A DNA stretch of 64,000 nucleotides from Eremomyces bilateralis CBS 781.70 (Eukaryota), in NCBI GenBank assembly GCA_010015585.1, contig ML975180.1. The stretch is one strand, 5' to 3'. Position 1 is the stretch's first letter. Every line of letters starts with the position of its first letter. Positions 24,734-37,416 of the stretch are shown here, piece after piece. Under the pieces are notes generated by a model. The model saw only the letters and a program-made list of their open reading frames with translations. It made no database searches and was not told the DNA's origin. A program made the position numbers and the translations under genes.

Positions 24734-25816
24734 TCATTTCCATTCGAAGCCGCTCGCGCAGCTAGCGATTCTATTGAAGTACCATTGATGAGCAACCACA
24801 TTTCCTGGGAGCTTCCCAGTGTTGCCGGAAAGATTCCAATCTCCAGAATATATGGTGATGTCCTTGGGGGTCGGAACAATATTCTGACCGCTCGAAATGA
24901 AATACTCTGGGGATATATGCCGGTATCCAAACAGAAGAGGTGGCAATTGAGGTATCAGATCGGAACCGTGGGTGAGACGATAGTTACCGCCCGGTTGGTT
25001 GCTGATGAATGTCGATAACGATGAGTCCCCCACTCGGGGCGCGCCAAATGTGTACTGCCATTGTCAGCTTTCAGTGCGCGGTTAGGACCGTGGACATACT
25101 AAAGAAATATCCAAGCCCATTGTCCTCATATCCGCAGCAGCTAGCGTCGCAACGGCTGCTCCGAGACTGTGCCCAGTGAACACGATCTGATATCCTGGGT
25201 TCTCCGCAGATACCTGCCGCACGGCGCGAACAACCTGCTCTTTCGCTTCTTGCCATGAGTTCCAGAAACCTTTATGGCCTTTGCAGTTTTTACAGCCCGC
25301 AAGATTGACTGACTCGCCCTCGAAAGTCAGGTCTGCAATATAATTCCTCATGGAGCGAGAACCTCGGAACCCAACGACGATCATGGAGTATTTTCGGGAG
25401 ATGGCGACATATCCGGTTGTATCGGTCGCTGCCGTACTACGGTTACCATCGAGTCAGCAATACCCAACATCACTGCTAGATTGATTTGCGGCTTACTCCT
25501 GAAACTCCGCCACAGTCTGCGTATCTCCTGCCTCAACAAGGGGGCAATTCCCGGCAGAACAGCTCAATGACGTCCCAGGAGAATCATTGTTTGAACGACA
25601 GTATACAGCAGCGCTGAACTGGCTCATAAGCATGAACGTATTCAGCAACTCCTCAGAAACAGCTGGAGAGGTTCAATCAGTGATCATCCCTTAGGATTGG
25701 AGTCAATGGCATGGAGTCTTACATCGCCTCTGCAGCCTAGATTCCACTGGGACAGCGAATACCGTTCGCACGGAAAAGAAGAAAAAGAAAGCTATTGCTT
25801 GAGCCAGCGTGAACAT
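24734..25816 (-). CDS. Secreted class 3 lipase, multi-exon
   Basis: Signal peptide MFTLAQAIAFFFFFSVRTVFA; IVVGFRGS, GHKGF, FTGHSLGAAVATL, YTFGAPRVG, THGSDLIPQLP, HQWYF. Confidence 0.93.
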
Positions 25817-26817
25817 CGCGAAGAGCACGAGAAACGAGTGAAATGTTCGGCTACAGAGGAAATGAAGGGCAGGAAACCGGCGGCGCTCCCTGAACCAGAC
25901 CCGATGCCATCGCCATCAGGTTCTTAAAAGATCATAGGCATATACAATTAAAGGAAAGATCATCCTGTACCTCAGGATGCGGAATGTAACTGTTACCACA
26001 GTCACCGGTGGACTTCGCTAAGCTTGTTCCGAACGTTGGTTCCGGATAATGCCCTGGCGTTCATGCAACGGAATCACACCCCGCTCGATGTCAAGACATT
26101 TTCTGATCCATTGAAATACCCCGAATATCGATAGTGTGGCCTGGTCCGAAGGCATTTCCGGAGAGTTCGAGCGATGAAGAGGATCCATTGGTGCACCCTG
26201 TAAAATAGTGATATACCAAACGAAAAGCCACACACGAAGGAGAGTCTCATCATATTATAGTGTTGGCGAACGGGCATTGGATGACCCTGTGGATCGAACA
26301 GGAACGCTAAACCTAGAATGCACTAAGCGCGGCTAGCACCTTGAATAATTGGCCAATGACAGGGCGATGACTGCTCCTCGCCGAACACTAATCAAGTCGC
26401 GAATGCGCTGTGCATATCTTTGTTTATGTGATGAGAATCGGTGGCTTATTCGATGGACTTTGAGGCGGAGGAACATAGCACGTGGGGATGGCTATGTTAC
26501 GGTATGCCACTGGTGTCATTGGCCGAAGCTAGTCAAGAGTAGGGTAACATCGGCAACTGATGGATATCTGACGGCACTGGCTCGGTATCTTGCACTGATT
26601 TGGCAGCCAAACAAGTCTACGCGGAGATTGTAACTAAATTCCCCAGTTTTGGAACTACGCCGCAAGGGGATATTGATTTGTATTCCTTGGAGTAAGCCAA
26701 CTGATATGCAGATGTAGCTGTATGATCTCGGAAACCCTTGCTAGACTCGACAGAATGCTAACGCCATGCTGATTGCCCGTCATCGTGGTATCATTGTTCA
26801 TCCAATAATCTATACGT

Positions 26818-27983
26818 TTATTCAGGGGGCTGATACGGCGTGACTAGCATTTCGCTGAACCTGTCGAGAAGTCAGTCGCGTGAACCACGAACGGAGTACG
26901 AGAAGGCTCACTGTTCTAGTTTCTCTTTTCCTCGGATCTCCTCCGTCAGCATCGGCATCTTGACGACATTGAACTCATCGTACAGCTCGTCGATCTGCTC
27001 GAGATACTTTTTCTGCATCTTTCTCCGCGCGTTGCATTGCTCGCAGGGGTTGTCCGTCTTCGGGAAGAGCAGCTGGTTGACCACGATGGCGTGCGTGTCC
27101 ATGTTGAACGATGACAGTTCTTGGATCAGGCGCTCCGTCTCGTAAAGCGAGAGGAACTCGGCGATGCACACGCAAACGAAGGTGGTGAGCTCCGGATTTT
27201 GGAATTGCGTGTTGACCTCGCTGATCGTTTTGCGCAGGGCCTCCATTTTCGCCACGAGGTCGTCGAATGACTGACCACCGGGTAGACCTCCACGTGCTCC
27301 GATGATCGAGTTCAGCATGGGTCCGAATTGTGTCGAGAGCTGCGACAGCTTCGCCAGGGCTTTCTCTATTACGCCGGGAAACTGCAGAAATCGAAGAGTG
27401 TGGCCGGTGGGTGCAGTGTCGCAGATCACTAGGTCGTACGACTGTTTCTTGACATGTTTGAGGAGCTCAGCAAAGGAGCATGCTTCGTCGATACCGGGAA
27501 TCTTGGATTGTTAGCCTCTCATGCATGCTCGGGGCGGGAGCGGCTCACATTGAATGCGAGGTCTTGCATCATCCCACCCAAACCCCCCATTTCTTGCGCG
27601 GCATCTTGCGCGGCGTCGCCACCGGACTCGAGTAGATCTTGGATGCTTCCGTTGGGATCGACTTCGATGGCAGAGAGGTTTGTAAAGCCATTGATGAGTC
27701 GTGCTTCCTTGCCGAACTTCTGGTTGAAGGCATCGCTAAGATTGTGGGCTTTGGGCGCTCAGTACATGTTCTCGACTGTTGCGTGCCGTCTAGTTCTCCT
27801 CTTACCTGGATCCGTGCTGATGAGCAGAACGCTTTCACGGACTTTCGCCATTTGGATTGCCAGTGCACAGCTGTTGCTCGTCTTGCCGACACCACCTTTA
27901 CCACCCACAAAGATCCATTTCAACGATTTCTGATCTATTATAGACTGGAGCGTCGGCTCCATCTCAGGGAAATCGTCCGCCAT
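26818..27983 (-). CDS. GET3: ATPase GET3/ASNA1 (tail-anchored protein targeting), multi-exon
   Basis: [48 protein letters not shown]. Confidence 0.97.
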
Positions 27984-28663
27984 GCTGGTGGTCTCGGTGG
28001 ATAGGGTCGTATGTGAAGATCGGTATATGGTGCTCGACCCAGTTTCGAAGATTAGGGAAGTTAATATAAGGCACCAGACATGAGAAACCGAAGCAACTAG
28101 AAGCTAATCAGAGAGCATGAATGTTAAGAGGAAAGGCTGTCTAATTCCATGGCTGGATCTTCTGTTACGATTTGGCTGGTGTGGCTTGTTAGCCCGAAAA
28201 TCAACCGTTGCGTCATCCCGCATCAAGGCACCAAGGCGCGCAAGGCTACCAGGGCATCAATGGCCTTTTCTCATTCACATCTCCAAAGCCGTAACAGTCC
28301 GTGACAGTCAACGCCAAAACGACACGCCTTAAAACATTTTCGTTCCATGGTGTATTTTATTCATGTCACCCTCCTGTCATTGGGTTGACTGAACAATCTC
28401 CGGATGTGCACGAAATGCTGCCCAACGGGTGTAGTCGTCGCTTAAGGCCGGTGATGAGTCAGGATTCAGGAGTCTGATGAATGGAATCCGACATTCGGCC
28501 GTTCAGATGCAAGCTAATGACTGTGTTTATGTATGTACATATACCACCCATCGAACACCGAATCTTGGAGAGCAGCATGCCTATCCCATTTCATTTTAGG
28601 ATTCTTTTGGAGACTCGCTAGAGGATCCCCAGCTAAGCAGCCGGTCAGGGGAGTGAGAAGCAT

Positions 28664-30358
28664 TTATGCCTTGCGCTCGACCGTCTGGACGTCTTCCGAC
28701 GAAACCATAGCATGTTTCCCGTCTCGGTCATAGGCCTCCGCATATGCAATCTGCTCTTTCGCGACTTTCCTACCACGAAGTCCAATCTGCCACCAGGGAA
28801 GCTCAAACACCCGGTCAATCGACTCCAACGACATCCCACTGAGTTCGGGGAGCAGGAAAATGGCCCACAGCAGACCGAGTAACGTGACAGCCGTGAAGAA
28901 AAACATGGTTCCCCCCTCGGTCATGTCCAAGAACATCAGCGGCACGGCCTTGGAATTGCCGTACTGATTCACAAAGTGGAAGGTCATCGCGATGGAGGAG
29001 CCGATCGATCGCAGCCTTAGCGGGTAGATCTCCGAATTGATCAGGTATTGGATGCTGTTGAAGCCTAAGGCCCAACCGGCGCCGGAGAGGTAGATCATGA
29101 CGATGGCACCCATCGCTGCTCGTTTCTGACTCGGAGATTGTACCACATCCTCTTCCCCAACGTTACTGTCACTGACGAGGAAAATCGCCATGTATAACAT
29201 ACTCAGGAGCTGCAGGGTGATACCGATCAAGAGCGACCGCTTTCTCCCGATGAAGTCGATTAGGAAAAGAGCACAGATGATGGCGGAGACAAACTTGACG
29301 ATTCCGAGGATGGCTGTCGCGAAGAGCTTCTCGTTCTGGCCGGACGTACCCATCATTGCGAAATATTCGGGCGCATAAATCGTAATCGACGAAGCGCCTG
29401 ACCATTGACTCAGGAGCTGAGAGAGGAGAGACAGCATCATGATACGATATCGGTTGCCCTTGTCGAGGAAGAGCTCTTTCACAATTCCGATCGGGCCGGC
29501 ACCCCGCGTTGCCTCCTGCTCTCGTTCGAGGGCACATTTGATGTCCGTGAGCTCCGCTTGAATCAATGGGTGCTCCCCTGGGAGGCCACGCAGCTTGCTG
29601 AGATTGAGCAAAGCAACGTCATCCTTCCCAACCTTGACCAGCCATCGAGGGCTTTCGACTGCGAAGAAGGACAGACCGAGGATCACCGCCGCGAACATGA
29701 TGTGGATGGAGTTCGGCACTATCCACTGCGCCTCAGTATCGTCCCCAATGTGGATCGAGGAGCCCCAACTCGCAAAATACGCAAGCATGATCCCGAGATA
29801 TACCGAGCCGGAGAAGACTGTGACGCAGAGGCCTCGAATCGCCTTTGGTGCCACTTCGGCGAGGTAGGTTGGGCCGGCGATGGTCGTCTGGCCGATTCCA
29901 ATCCCGGCGATGAAGCGGCCCGCGTAGACCATGCCAATGGATCCATTGCTTCCTGCGGCGAGGAAGATGGCGATTCCCAGGATCCAGAGGAAGCACAGCT
30001 GCCTCGTTGCCCATATGCGTCCGAGCCGGTCATTGAAGTAGAAGCCCACCAGCGCGCCTAGGATGGAGCCCATCTGGACCATGCTGGTGATATTGGAGAG
30101 AAGCTGCGCCTGGTCGTGCTTGGATAGATCCTCGTCCTTGAGCCCGAACCGGTTGATGAAGGAGGGCTGCGTTGACGAGGTTCCAATGAGACCTTCGTCA
30201 AGGCCACGGGCGGCCCCCATGAGCCCAAATCTAGTTGATATTAGCGATCCTGTTCCTCGCTGGGATGAGATTGGTTCTTTGACTTACACCAGTACTCCAT
30301 ACCACAGTCTCCAATTGAGAGCCTCCCTTGGGGTATCTTTCAGCTTGTCTTTATACAT
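28664..30358 (-). CDS. MFS sugar-porter family transporter (quinate permease-like), 2 exons
   Basis: Exon 1 MYKDKLKDTPREALNWRLW; DRLGR, GRFIAGIGIG, ESPRWL, DFIGRKR, SEIYPLRLRS, PELSGMSLE; about 12 hydrophobic segments. Confidence 0.93.
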
Positions 30359-31507
30359 AGCTGCAACGGGACGCAGGAGACGAGAAAACGAGCAGACACG
30401 GAATCACCCACTTGAACACGAGGACGAAAATGCTTATAGAAGCCATCGAAACTTCCGGCAAATTTATTTAACCTTATCTAACCGAGCCATGGCACGGGGT
30501 AAGCGGATTGCTCGTGTCTAGATGCACAGCAGAAAAGTCCGGATAGCTGAGCTGGGGAATATCCAGGCGATCTTGCCATTCTGGTTGAGTAGAACATGGT
30601 TGGGCATCCAACCACCGACCTCGAACATGCTATTCGCACTGCACGTTTGGATTATGCATCCGCCAAGAGGGCTCGTCGCACGCTACTAACATCGGGATGT
30701 CGTGAAACTGGTCGTAAACACCATGTGATCCACAAGGAACGTCCTTTGATGAGCCCTACGTCTCCCGCTATCGTCTCGGTTGGCAAACGAAGTTACGGAG
30801 GTCCAGTATGCTGCTGAATCGGTGGATATCTGGGTTGGATACATCCCCGGACCCCGACCCCGAAGGTCGAAAGTCCCCGATTAACCGTAGCGTACCCGGG
30901 GTTTGATTCGTGATCTTGGAGGCGCGATAGGCCGATGGCCGATAAGTGATAGGAGCGGCAGTTGTCTTTGTCGGAAGGAATTATTTCTAGGCTACGTTCG
31001 ACATAACTGATTGGCAAAAGGATTGAGACTGGATCCAATTTGGCAATTGCATGCCGATGTGGGGTTTTAGTTTGAAGATCTGCATATATCAGCCGACAAA
31101 GCTTGTCTAAGCTTGTTCTTACCCCAACCGCTGCCCAGTTTCGGCGCACCGGATCCTACCGTAGTTAGCCATAATTGGCGATCATTCAGTTTCAGCAAGC
31201 TTGAATAACTGATATTCCGCAGAGTGTCCGCCCAATTCCTAATATCAGCAAGGGAATGGATGTGGAGCATAGGAAACATTGGGTTCTACAATTGGTTCGA
31301 GTGAGTCAATCCGACAAGGCGCTCGAGTGCTCGGCGCGGTCATACGAAACTAGTCTCAACGGCGACCTGCGTTAAATGGCTCGCATCTCGGGATATCTTC
31401 ACACGAGCTGTCAGCTCCAGCGTGGATACGCTGTACTACTTTCCCAGCCAGCAAATTTCGAGCAAGCTACTACTTCTAGTAAACGGGATCTTATCAGGCA
31501 TCAGCTC

Positions 31508-32590
31508 ATGGCAGAGTCTGCTGGTGACCACTCCGAGACCGGAGATTATCGGCTCATATCGAAAGCAGACGCGGAAGCATTTGCAACTAGGCTGCTGGTG
31601 GCCAACGGAACACCAACGTCTCACGCCGAACATGTTGCCGCATGCCTGGTCCTCGCCGACCTGCGCGGGATCGAATCGCATGGGATCAACCGCCTCATCC
31701 CGTACCTGATCCGCGTACGCGCAGGTCTCCTCGACCCGGCCGCCGAGCCCATCCTCAAACAAGTCACGCCGGTGGTAGGAGAAATTGACGGGAAGAATGG
31801 CTGGGGTTTTCTGACCGCCAAAGCCGGTATGCAGCGGGCGTGCGACATGGCGCAGACGTTCGGAATCGGCATGGTGTCGGCGCACCACAGCAACCACTTT
31901 GGCATGAGCGCGTGGATTGTAGAGCAGGCCATTGAGGCGGGGATGATGTCCCTCGTCTTCACCAATTCCTCGTCGGCGCTCCCCGCGTTCGGTGGTCGAG
32001 AGAAGCTGCTAGGTGTGAGTCCTATTGCCGCCGGAGCTCCTGGAGGGAACCATCCGCCGTTCATTCTTGACTTCGCGCCAAGTGTCGCAGCGAGAGGCAA
32101 GGTTCACAAAGCGCTGAGGCGTGGCGAGGAGATCCCGTTCGGCTGGGCGTTGGACGCCGAAGGGAGGGACACAACCGACCCGGCAGCGGCTCTCGAGGGC
32201 ACGATGCTTCCGATGGCCGGCCCTAAAGGCTCGGCGTTGGCAATCATGATGGACGTGTTCTCAGGTGTTCTCTCTGGGTCTGCGTTTGCTGGGGAGGTCG
32301 TCGGTCCATATGACAAGACGCGAGGGCCGGGGGAAGGAGTGGGCCACCTTTTCGTGGCGATGAAGCCAGACCTCTTCGTTAGCGGGGAAGAGTTCCGCCA
32401 CAGGATGAATCATCTGTATGAGAGGGTAACCGGGAGCAAGAAAGCAGACGGAGTCGAAAGGATATACTTTCCTGGTGAAGTTGAGGGGGAAAAGCGCAAG
32501 CAAAGGGAAGTGTCCGGAATCCCTTTTGCACACATTGAGGTCAACAGCCTCAATGAAGAAGCGAGAAAGGCTGGGGTGGAAGGGATCTAA
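31508..32590 (+). CDS. Ldh_2 family (malate/L-lactate/ureidoglycolate-type) dehydrogenase
   Basis: ADLRGIESHG, SNHFG, LGVSPIA, GPKGSALA, RIYFPGE; start taken at MAESAG. Confidence 0.9.
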   Translation: MAESAGDHSETGDYRLISKADAEAFATRLLVANGTPTSHAEHVAACLVLADLRGIESHGINRLIPYLIRVRAGLLDPAAEPILKQVTPVVGEIDGKNGWGFLTAKAGMQRACDMAQTFGIGMVSAHHSNHFGMSAWIVEQAIEAGMMSLVFTNSSSALPAFGGREKLLGVSPIAAGAPGGNHPPFILDFAPSVAARGKVHKALRRGEEIPFGWALDAEGRDTTDPAAALEGTMLPMAGPKGSALAIMMDVFSGVLSGSAFAGEVVGPYDKTRGPGEGVGHLFVAMKPDLFVSGEEFRHRMNHLYERVTGSKKADGVERIYFPGEVEGEKRKQREVSGIPFAHIEVNSLNEEARKAGVEGI

Positions 32591-32690
32591 GATGGGCTTA
32601 TTATGATAGGACTTAAGAGGGATTACCGGTAGATAACACCCCCGTAATTGAGGAATATAATTAGAGAATAGACTTCTCAATACGAAGTAA

Positions 32691-35197
32691 CGTGTGCTAC
32701 CGAAATTGCCTCCAAAAACGTCCGTTTTTGGAGGGTTTTCCGCTCAGGCGAAAAGCTCTCGTTTCGTTAGAGTAATTACTGTCGATGCCCCAAAACTCCC
32801 TGGCACAGTGCCAAGGCCTTGCACACGCTCAACGCGTCATCCAATTTTGGACTTCCTGTAACGACGCTACCACTATGCGCCAAAATGGACACCAACACGA
32901 CTAAACCAAAGTCAATGTTGATTGTGGTAATTCGGTATATCAATATAAGGACCTTCTGGTCAGGCATGCCCTACTCGGTAGGTTCCCCAAGCCATACCGT
33001 GACACTTCTAAGTTCTAACTCTCAATTTTCAGTTTTTCGACCTTCGCAATTTCTATGCCTCTATGTTAGTTATAAAAGCATGTGACACGATCGGGAAAGA
33101 AGTTGATTCGATTTCCGTAAACTCGTCAAACTCAAGCTACAGAAAAGAGGAAAAGAAGAGAAGTCTTAGAGTGCTGGTGGATTATTTACATGTTGGTCTC
33201 CTGTATTCACTCTTCTTTCCTAATTGGGAATCATATCAACACAACACGTTACGAGAGTAGTCAAAGGGAGACTACTTCGTCTCAGTGTTCTTCACATAAG
33301 CCTTGATACTCGCTGCACACCGACCAGCCAGGAGGGGCTATCGGCCGGGGGTAGCATCCACCCAGCCGGTGGTAATGAGCAGCAGGGCCGCGATGTAGGT
33401 TGTCATGACAGCCAAGCCATGGCAGGGTACCGCGACGCCCGCCACGTGAATCCCAATTAACATGTCCGAGATCAGGAACAGCCCCCCGCCCAGTGCCACC
33501 CGCGAGGAGACACCAGTCGCAGTGATGGCCATCAGCGCAAGAGCGAGGCTGTACACGAGCACCGGCACCGCCAGCGGACCCAAAGGCGTCCACAGCAGGA
33601 AATTCGCTACCGCCCAGCAGGGAACGTAGATCAGGAACGCGGTGACGGGAGGGCTACGATGGCGCAAGAACGCGGTGGTGAAGGCAATCTGGGTGACGAG
33701 GAAGCAGCCCATTCCGACGAGGAAGGCCGTTTCGCCGCCGACAAGTAGCGCGATATCGCCACCGCACGCGAGGACGAGACCGATGGCGACGCGGTCGATG
33801 GCCCGGTTTTCCCGTAGCACGTACACCAGAATGAGCAGCACCGGGGCGAGAAGGGGTTTGGACAGCCATTGCAGGGCGATTGAGTTGACGGCGATGCCGA
33901 TCAGGTCGATGGCGGACACCGCGAGGAATGGCCGGAGGAGCTGGAGGGTGGTGCCGAAGTCCTTATAATCGGGACTTGGCTGGATAGCCGAGTGCGGTAC
34001 AGGAGTCTTTCGAGCCATACTTGGATATTGTAACGATGACACCTTGGATCACTCAGTAAGGAATTTGAACAGGTTGATTCGCTAGAATTAAGCTAAAGAA
34101 GAAAGAAAGGAAAGAGGGGGAGGGAGGTAGAGCGAGAGAGAGAGATTCATACAATACGCCCGTCAGGCCTCTTTGCGAGGCCCATGTGGGGAACTACATA
34201 GGCTGACTAATTACATGCGTTGGTGCCTTGTGGCCTTGTGCCTCCATTTTCTATCTTCGTTCTTCTAACTTCCATAACTATCTGCTTCTAACATGGGGAA
34301 TAGGAGGGAATGGTAGAAGGAATGAGATAGATATCCATGGTGGGTGAAATGAAAACACTCAACATGACCCACCACCACATGACCTCTCATCACGTGGTCA
34401 GAACTCCTGATCTGATCTCTACGGGAGCCACCTCATCGTGGGATCGTGGCAGATATTGGCTAGAGGAAGAAAGACTAACACGGAGATCCGGAAAGATATG
34501 GTATTAATGCTACAATGCCCCTTTTCTTACTATATTGATCTGCGCCACGGAAGCAAAGCCTTGGTGCAAGTCACGTGGCATGATCTGCACCAGCCACAAC
34601 CACTCCATTGCTCTGGGACGTTCTCTTACATTAAGTGTAGAATAAAGAGGGATCCTAGGTAGGGCGATGTGATGCTACAGTAAACACAAGATATCTGCAT
34701 TGGTATCACATGACTAGATCACATTAGGTCACATGGCCTTAACTATTTTACCCCTGATCTGTTGTCCTAGCCATACAGCCTTACTGACCCCTCAAAGACC
34801 AGTCTATCGTCGTAATGCAGTGTGCAACTATACGGAATACAGAATCAATTGCTCTCCTAATATTTGCACGTGAATCACTGAAGCATACCATTTTGTATCA
34901 CACTAGCCCATTCCTTGCGTGCTGTGACAGGCGAGGGCGAGAGATTCAGGCGGTGTTAATGGCGCGTGTTAAGGGGCCGATCGGTAGGCGGAATAAAATT
35001 GGTACGGGGCAATGCAAGAGGCAAAGGCAATCTGAGGTATGGAAATGGTAGAAGAGACAGAAGAGGGTTATTGGGAGTTAAGAAGGGGACAGGCGGTGGT
35101 ATTTATGTTTTTTGAAGAGATGATGTTTGAACGAGGAAAACAGCGTTATGCTCGATGCGGCAGCGCTAAATCGAAAACGGAAATTTAGTGGGACGCA
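32691..35197 (+). mobile_element. Captainless (derelict) Starship relative, ~2.5 kb
   Basis: 32681-32830 and 33021-33082 are homologous to the left end of element 1; 35117-35207 is homologous to its right end (24374-24471). Confidence 0.65.
33338..34018 (-). CDS. YhhN/TMEM86-family lysoplasmalogenase, intronless
   Basis: SKPLLAP, GLVLACGGDIALL, FLVGMGCFLVTQ, YSLALALMA, GGGLFLISDMLIG, VMTTYIAA; multi-TM. Confidence 0.9.
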   Translation of the reverse strand: MARKTPVPHSAIQPSPDYKDFGTTLQLLRPFLAVSAIDLIGIAVNSIALQWLSKPLLAPVLLILVYVLRENRAIDRVAIGLVLACGGDIALLVGGETAFLVGMGCFLVTQIAFTTAFLRHRSPPVTAFLIYVPCWAVANFLLWTPLGPLAVPVLVYSLALALMAITATGVSSRVALGGGLFLISDMLIGIHVAGVAVPCHGLAVMTTYIAALLLITTGWVDATPGR

Positions 35198-35479
35198 TTT
35201 ACGGTAAATGAGACTATGTCATCCTGACTGGAGTTTCTGACCTTCATGGTGTGGCTGATGAATCCTATGGATAGGGGTCTGGGCTTGGCATCAATTCCGA
35301 ATCTTTCTGTTGTTGAACCTGACATTTGTTCGTCTCCAAAGCATATCTATGACCCTTGAAGGCTGCGCAACAATACTACAACTATACAACTCGGTACTAT
35401 TCCGGTTATCCCATGAATTGAACCTTCATGTTGTGAGCAGCGTGCTTGCGATGAGAATGAAAGTTCAAAGCACGATAAG

Positions 35480-36525
35480 ATGAAGCTCCTGACCAAATCG
35501 CGCCAACTGGCGCATCGACGTAAGTTGCGAGCAACTTGCCCCTCAAGATTCAAGATTGCCTCTAACTATGCTAGTCCCTCTCTGCCAATGCAGAGCCTTC
35601 TCACTTTCCCTTTCCCGGCAGTATGCCTCTGCCAAACCCGCGCCTAAATCGCCAACCTCCTCGAAAGTGAAAGAGTCGACGAAGACACCGTCGATGCCGG
35701 AAATGCCCACTCTCGGAGACTTAACTGCCACGAATATCTTCGAGATCGACCGAAAAGAGCGGGCCGAAATCGAGAAGCAAGAGGTGAAGCCCGACATAAA
35801 TCGGACTGCGATGATGGCCGCCACCGATCCCGAGCCGTGGAAACGCAGACGATGGGAGCGGAAGATGGTGATCCGCGACATCACGCGACGGGGACGGATG
35901 TCCAAAGGGGAGATGCTGAAGCGCACCGAACGAGAGCACTCGGCCAAGACCCCAATGTTGAAGACCAGCACGAAGAAGCTGATGTTCCTGGCGCGCCAGA
36001 TCGCGGGGAAGCCCATCGAGGAAGCGATCCTGCAAATGCGGTTCAGCAAAAAGGGGAAGGCTGTCCACGTCAAGGCGTTCCTCGAGTATGCCCGCGATCA
36101 AGCCATCGTGTACAGAGGTATGGGTCTCGGCAAGGTCGGCGCGGAGGGCGAACCGGCCAAAGAGCCGGCCAAGATCGTAATCAAAGATAAGGACGGCACG
36201 CGGCGGAAGATCGACGACGCGAGCTCGATATATATTTCCCAGGCGTGGGTTGGTCGGGAGCCTTACGGGACGGATATCGATTACCGGGGTCGTGGACGAG
36301 CGTTCCGTCTCCGATTACCATACGCAAGTGAGTGAAACCATGTCGCATGCACCGTTCCCTATGGAATTCTAACGCGCTGCTTCAGGACTATACGTGGTGC
36401 TTAAGGAGGAGACCACTCGGATACGTCTAGCTGCCGAACGACAAAGGAAGAGGGACAATCGCACATTATGGACTCAGCTTCCTGATCGTCCAGTGACGGG
36501 TCAGAGTCAGTACGTGCTGTGGTAG
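35480..36525 (+). CDS. MRPL22: Mitochondrial large-subunit ribosomal protein uL22, 3 exons
   Basis: RRWERKMVIR, TSTKKLMFLARQIAGKPIEEAILQMRFSKK, YISQAWVGR, YRGRGR; last exon VVLKEETTRIR...QLPDRPVT. Confidence 0.93.
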
Positions 36526-37416
36526 AGAATTTTTTGATCATGCTTGCATTGTACAAAACTGTTGTATATATGACTGGAGAGGGACTATGAAATTCCATGC
36601 GATCGTCAGGCGTTCTTGTTCGTCAAACGACAAGCATCTCAAGCATATTGATACTCATAGATGGGTTCCAGTGTCGTTCTAAAGGCGGAAGTCTACGGCT
36701 TTCACAGGTTTCGCTTAGTTCTTCAGGTAGTTTCGCTAATTGAAGTTTTGCTGCGAACTACACCTAGCAAGCGCAGCCTAAATGTCGTATTGTATCCGTA
36801 AACCCACCATATTCCCAAAAAGAACAAATCGCTTCTAGTCGTTTCCTTTAGATGCAGTGTTAGATCTCCAAGTTCAAAGTCAATCTCAAGCCAGCGCCCG
36901 CTCATTGGTCGATCTTCCAACGCCCCCGTGTTTTGCATCCATCTCGAAGCCTCGGCCGCGCCAGGGCCCCCCTGCCAACACCCCATATCTTCAATCAAAC
37001 CCCGCTTCAGATTCATTAAAACCTCCCTGAACATGCGCACTTGACCTGTCACACCCTCTGCGAATGGACACCGGTGCCAGCATGTGTAACGACGAACCCC
37101 TCCAGGTGGTTGGCGCGGAGCAGAGCCGAACGGCGTGGTGGACCGAGCATGGGGAGATCTGGCCATGAGAGTAACTTCGCTAACACTTTGCTGCGGAGTA
37201 ATGAAGTGTGGAGAGGAAGGATACGCAGCGTGGCATCTAGAGGCTTATTAACGTTTGGATCGTATAGAAATCTAGTTTTTGACGCTTCAAACGGTTTTTC
37301 TACAAGTTCTTCAACTCTACCGTGTCGCTTTTTGTCGCTTTTCCATCGTCTATGTTTACCCAAAGTCTTGAACTCCCCTACGACACCCCGATTCCGTCCG
37401 AGTGACACCGATCAGG

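Noticed and set aside
33244..33260. ACACGTTACGAGAGTAG as the right end of the second element
   Set aside because: Only a 9-bp match; 35117-35207 shows much longer homology to the true right end
34050..34800. LTR-like sequence inside the derelict element (short match to 241-256)
   Set aside because: Match too short; no termini or TSD could be defined
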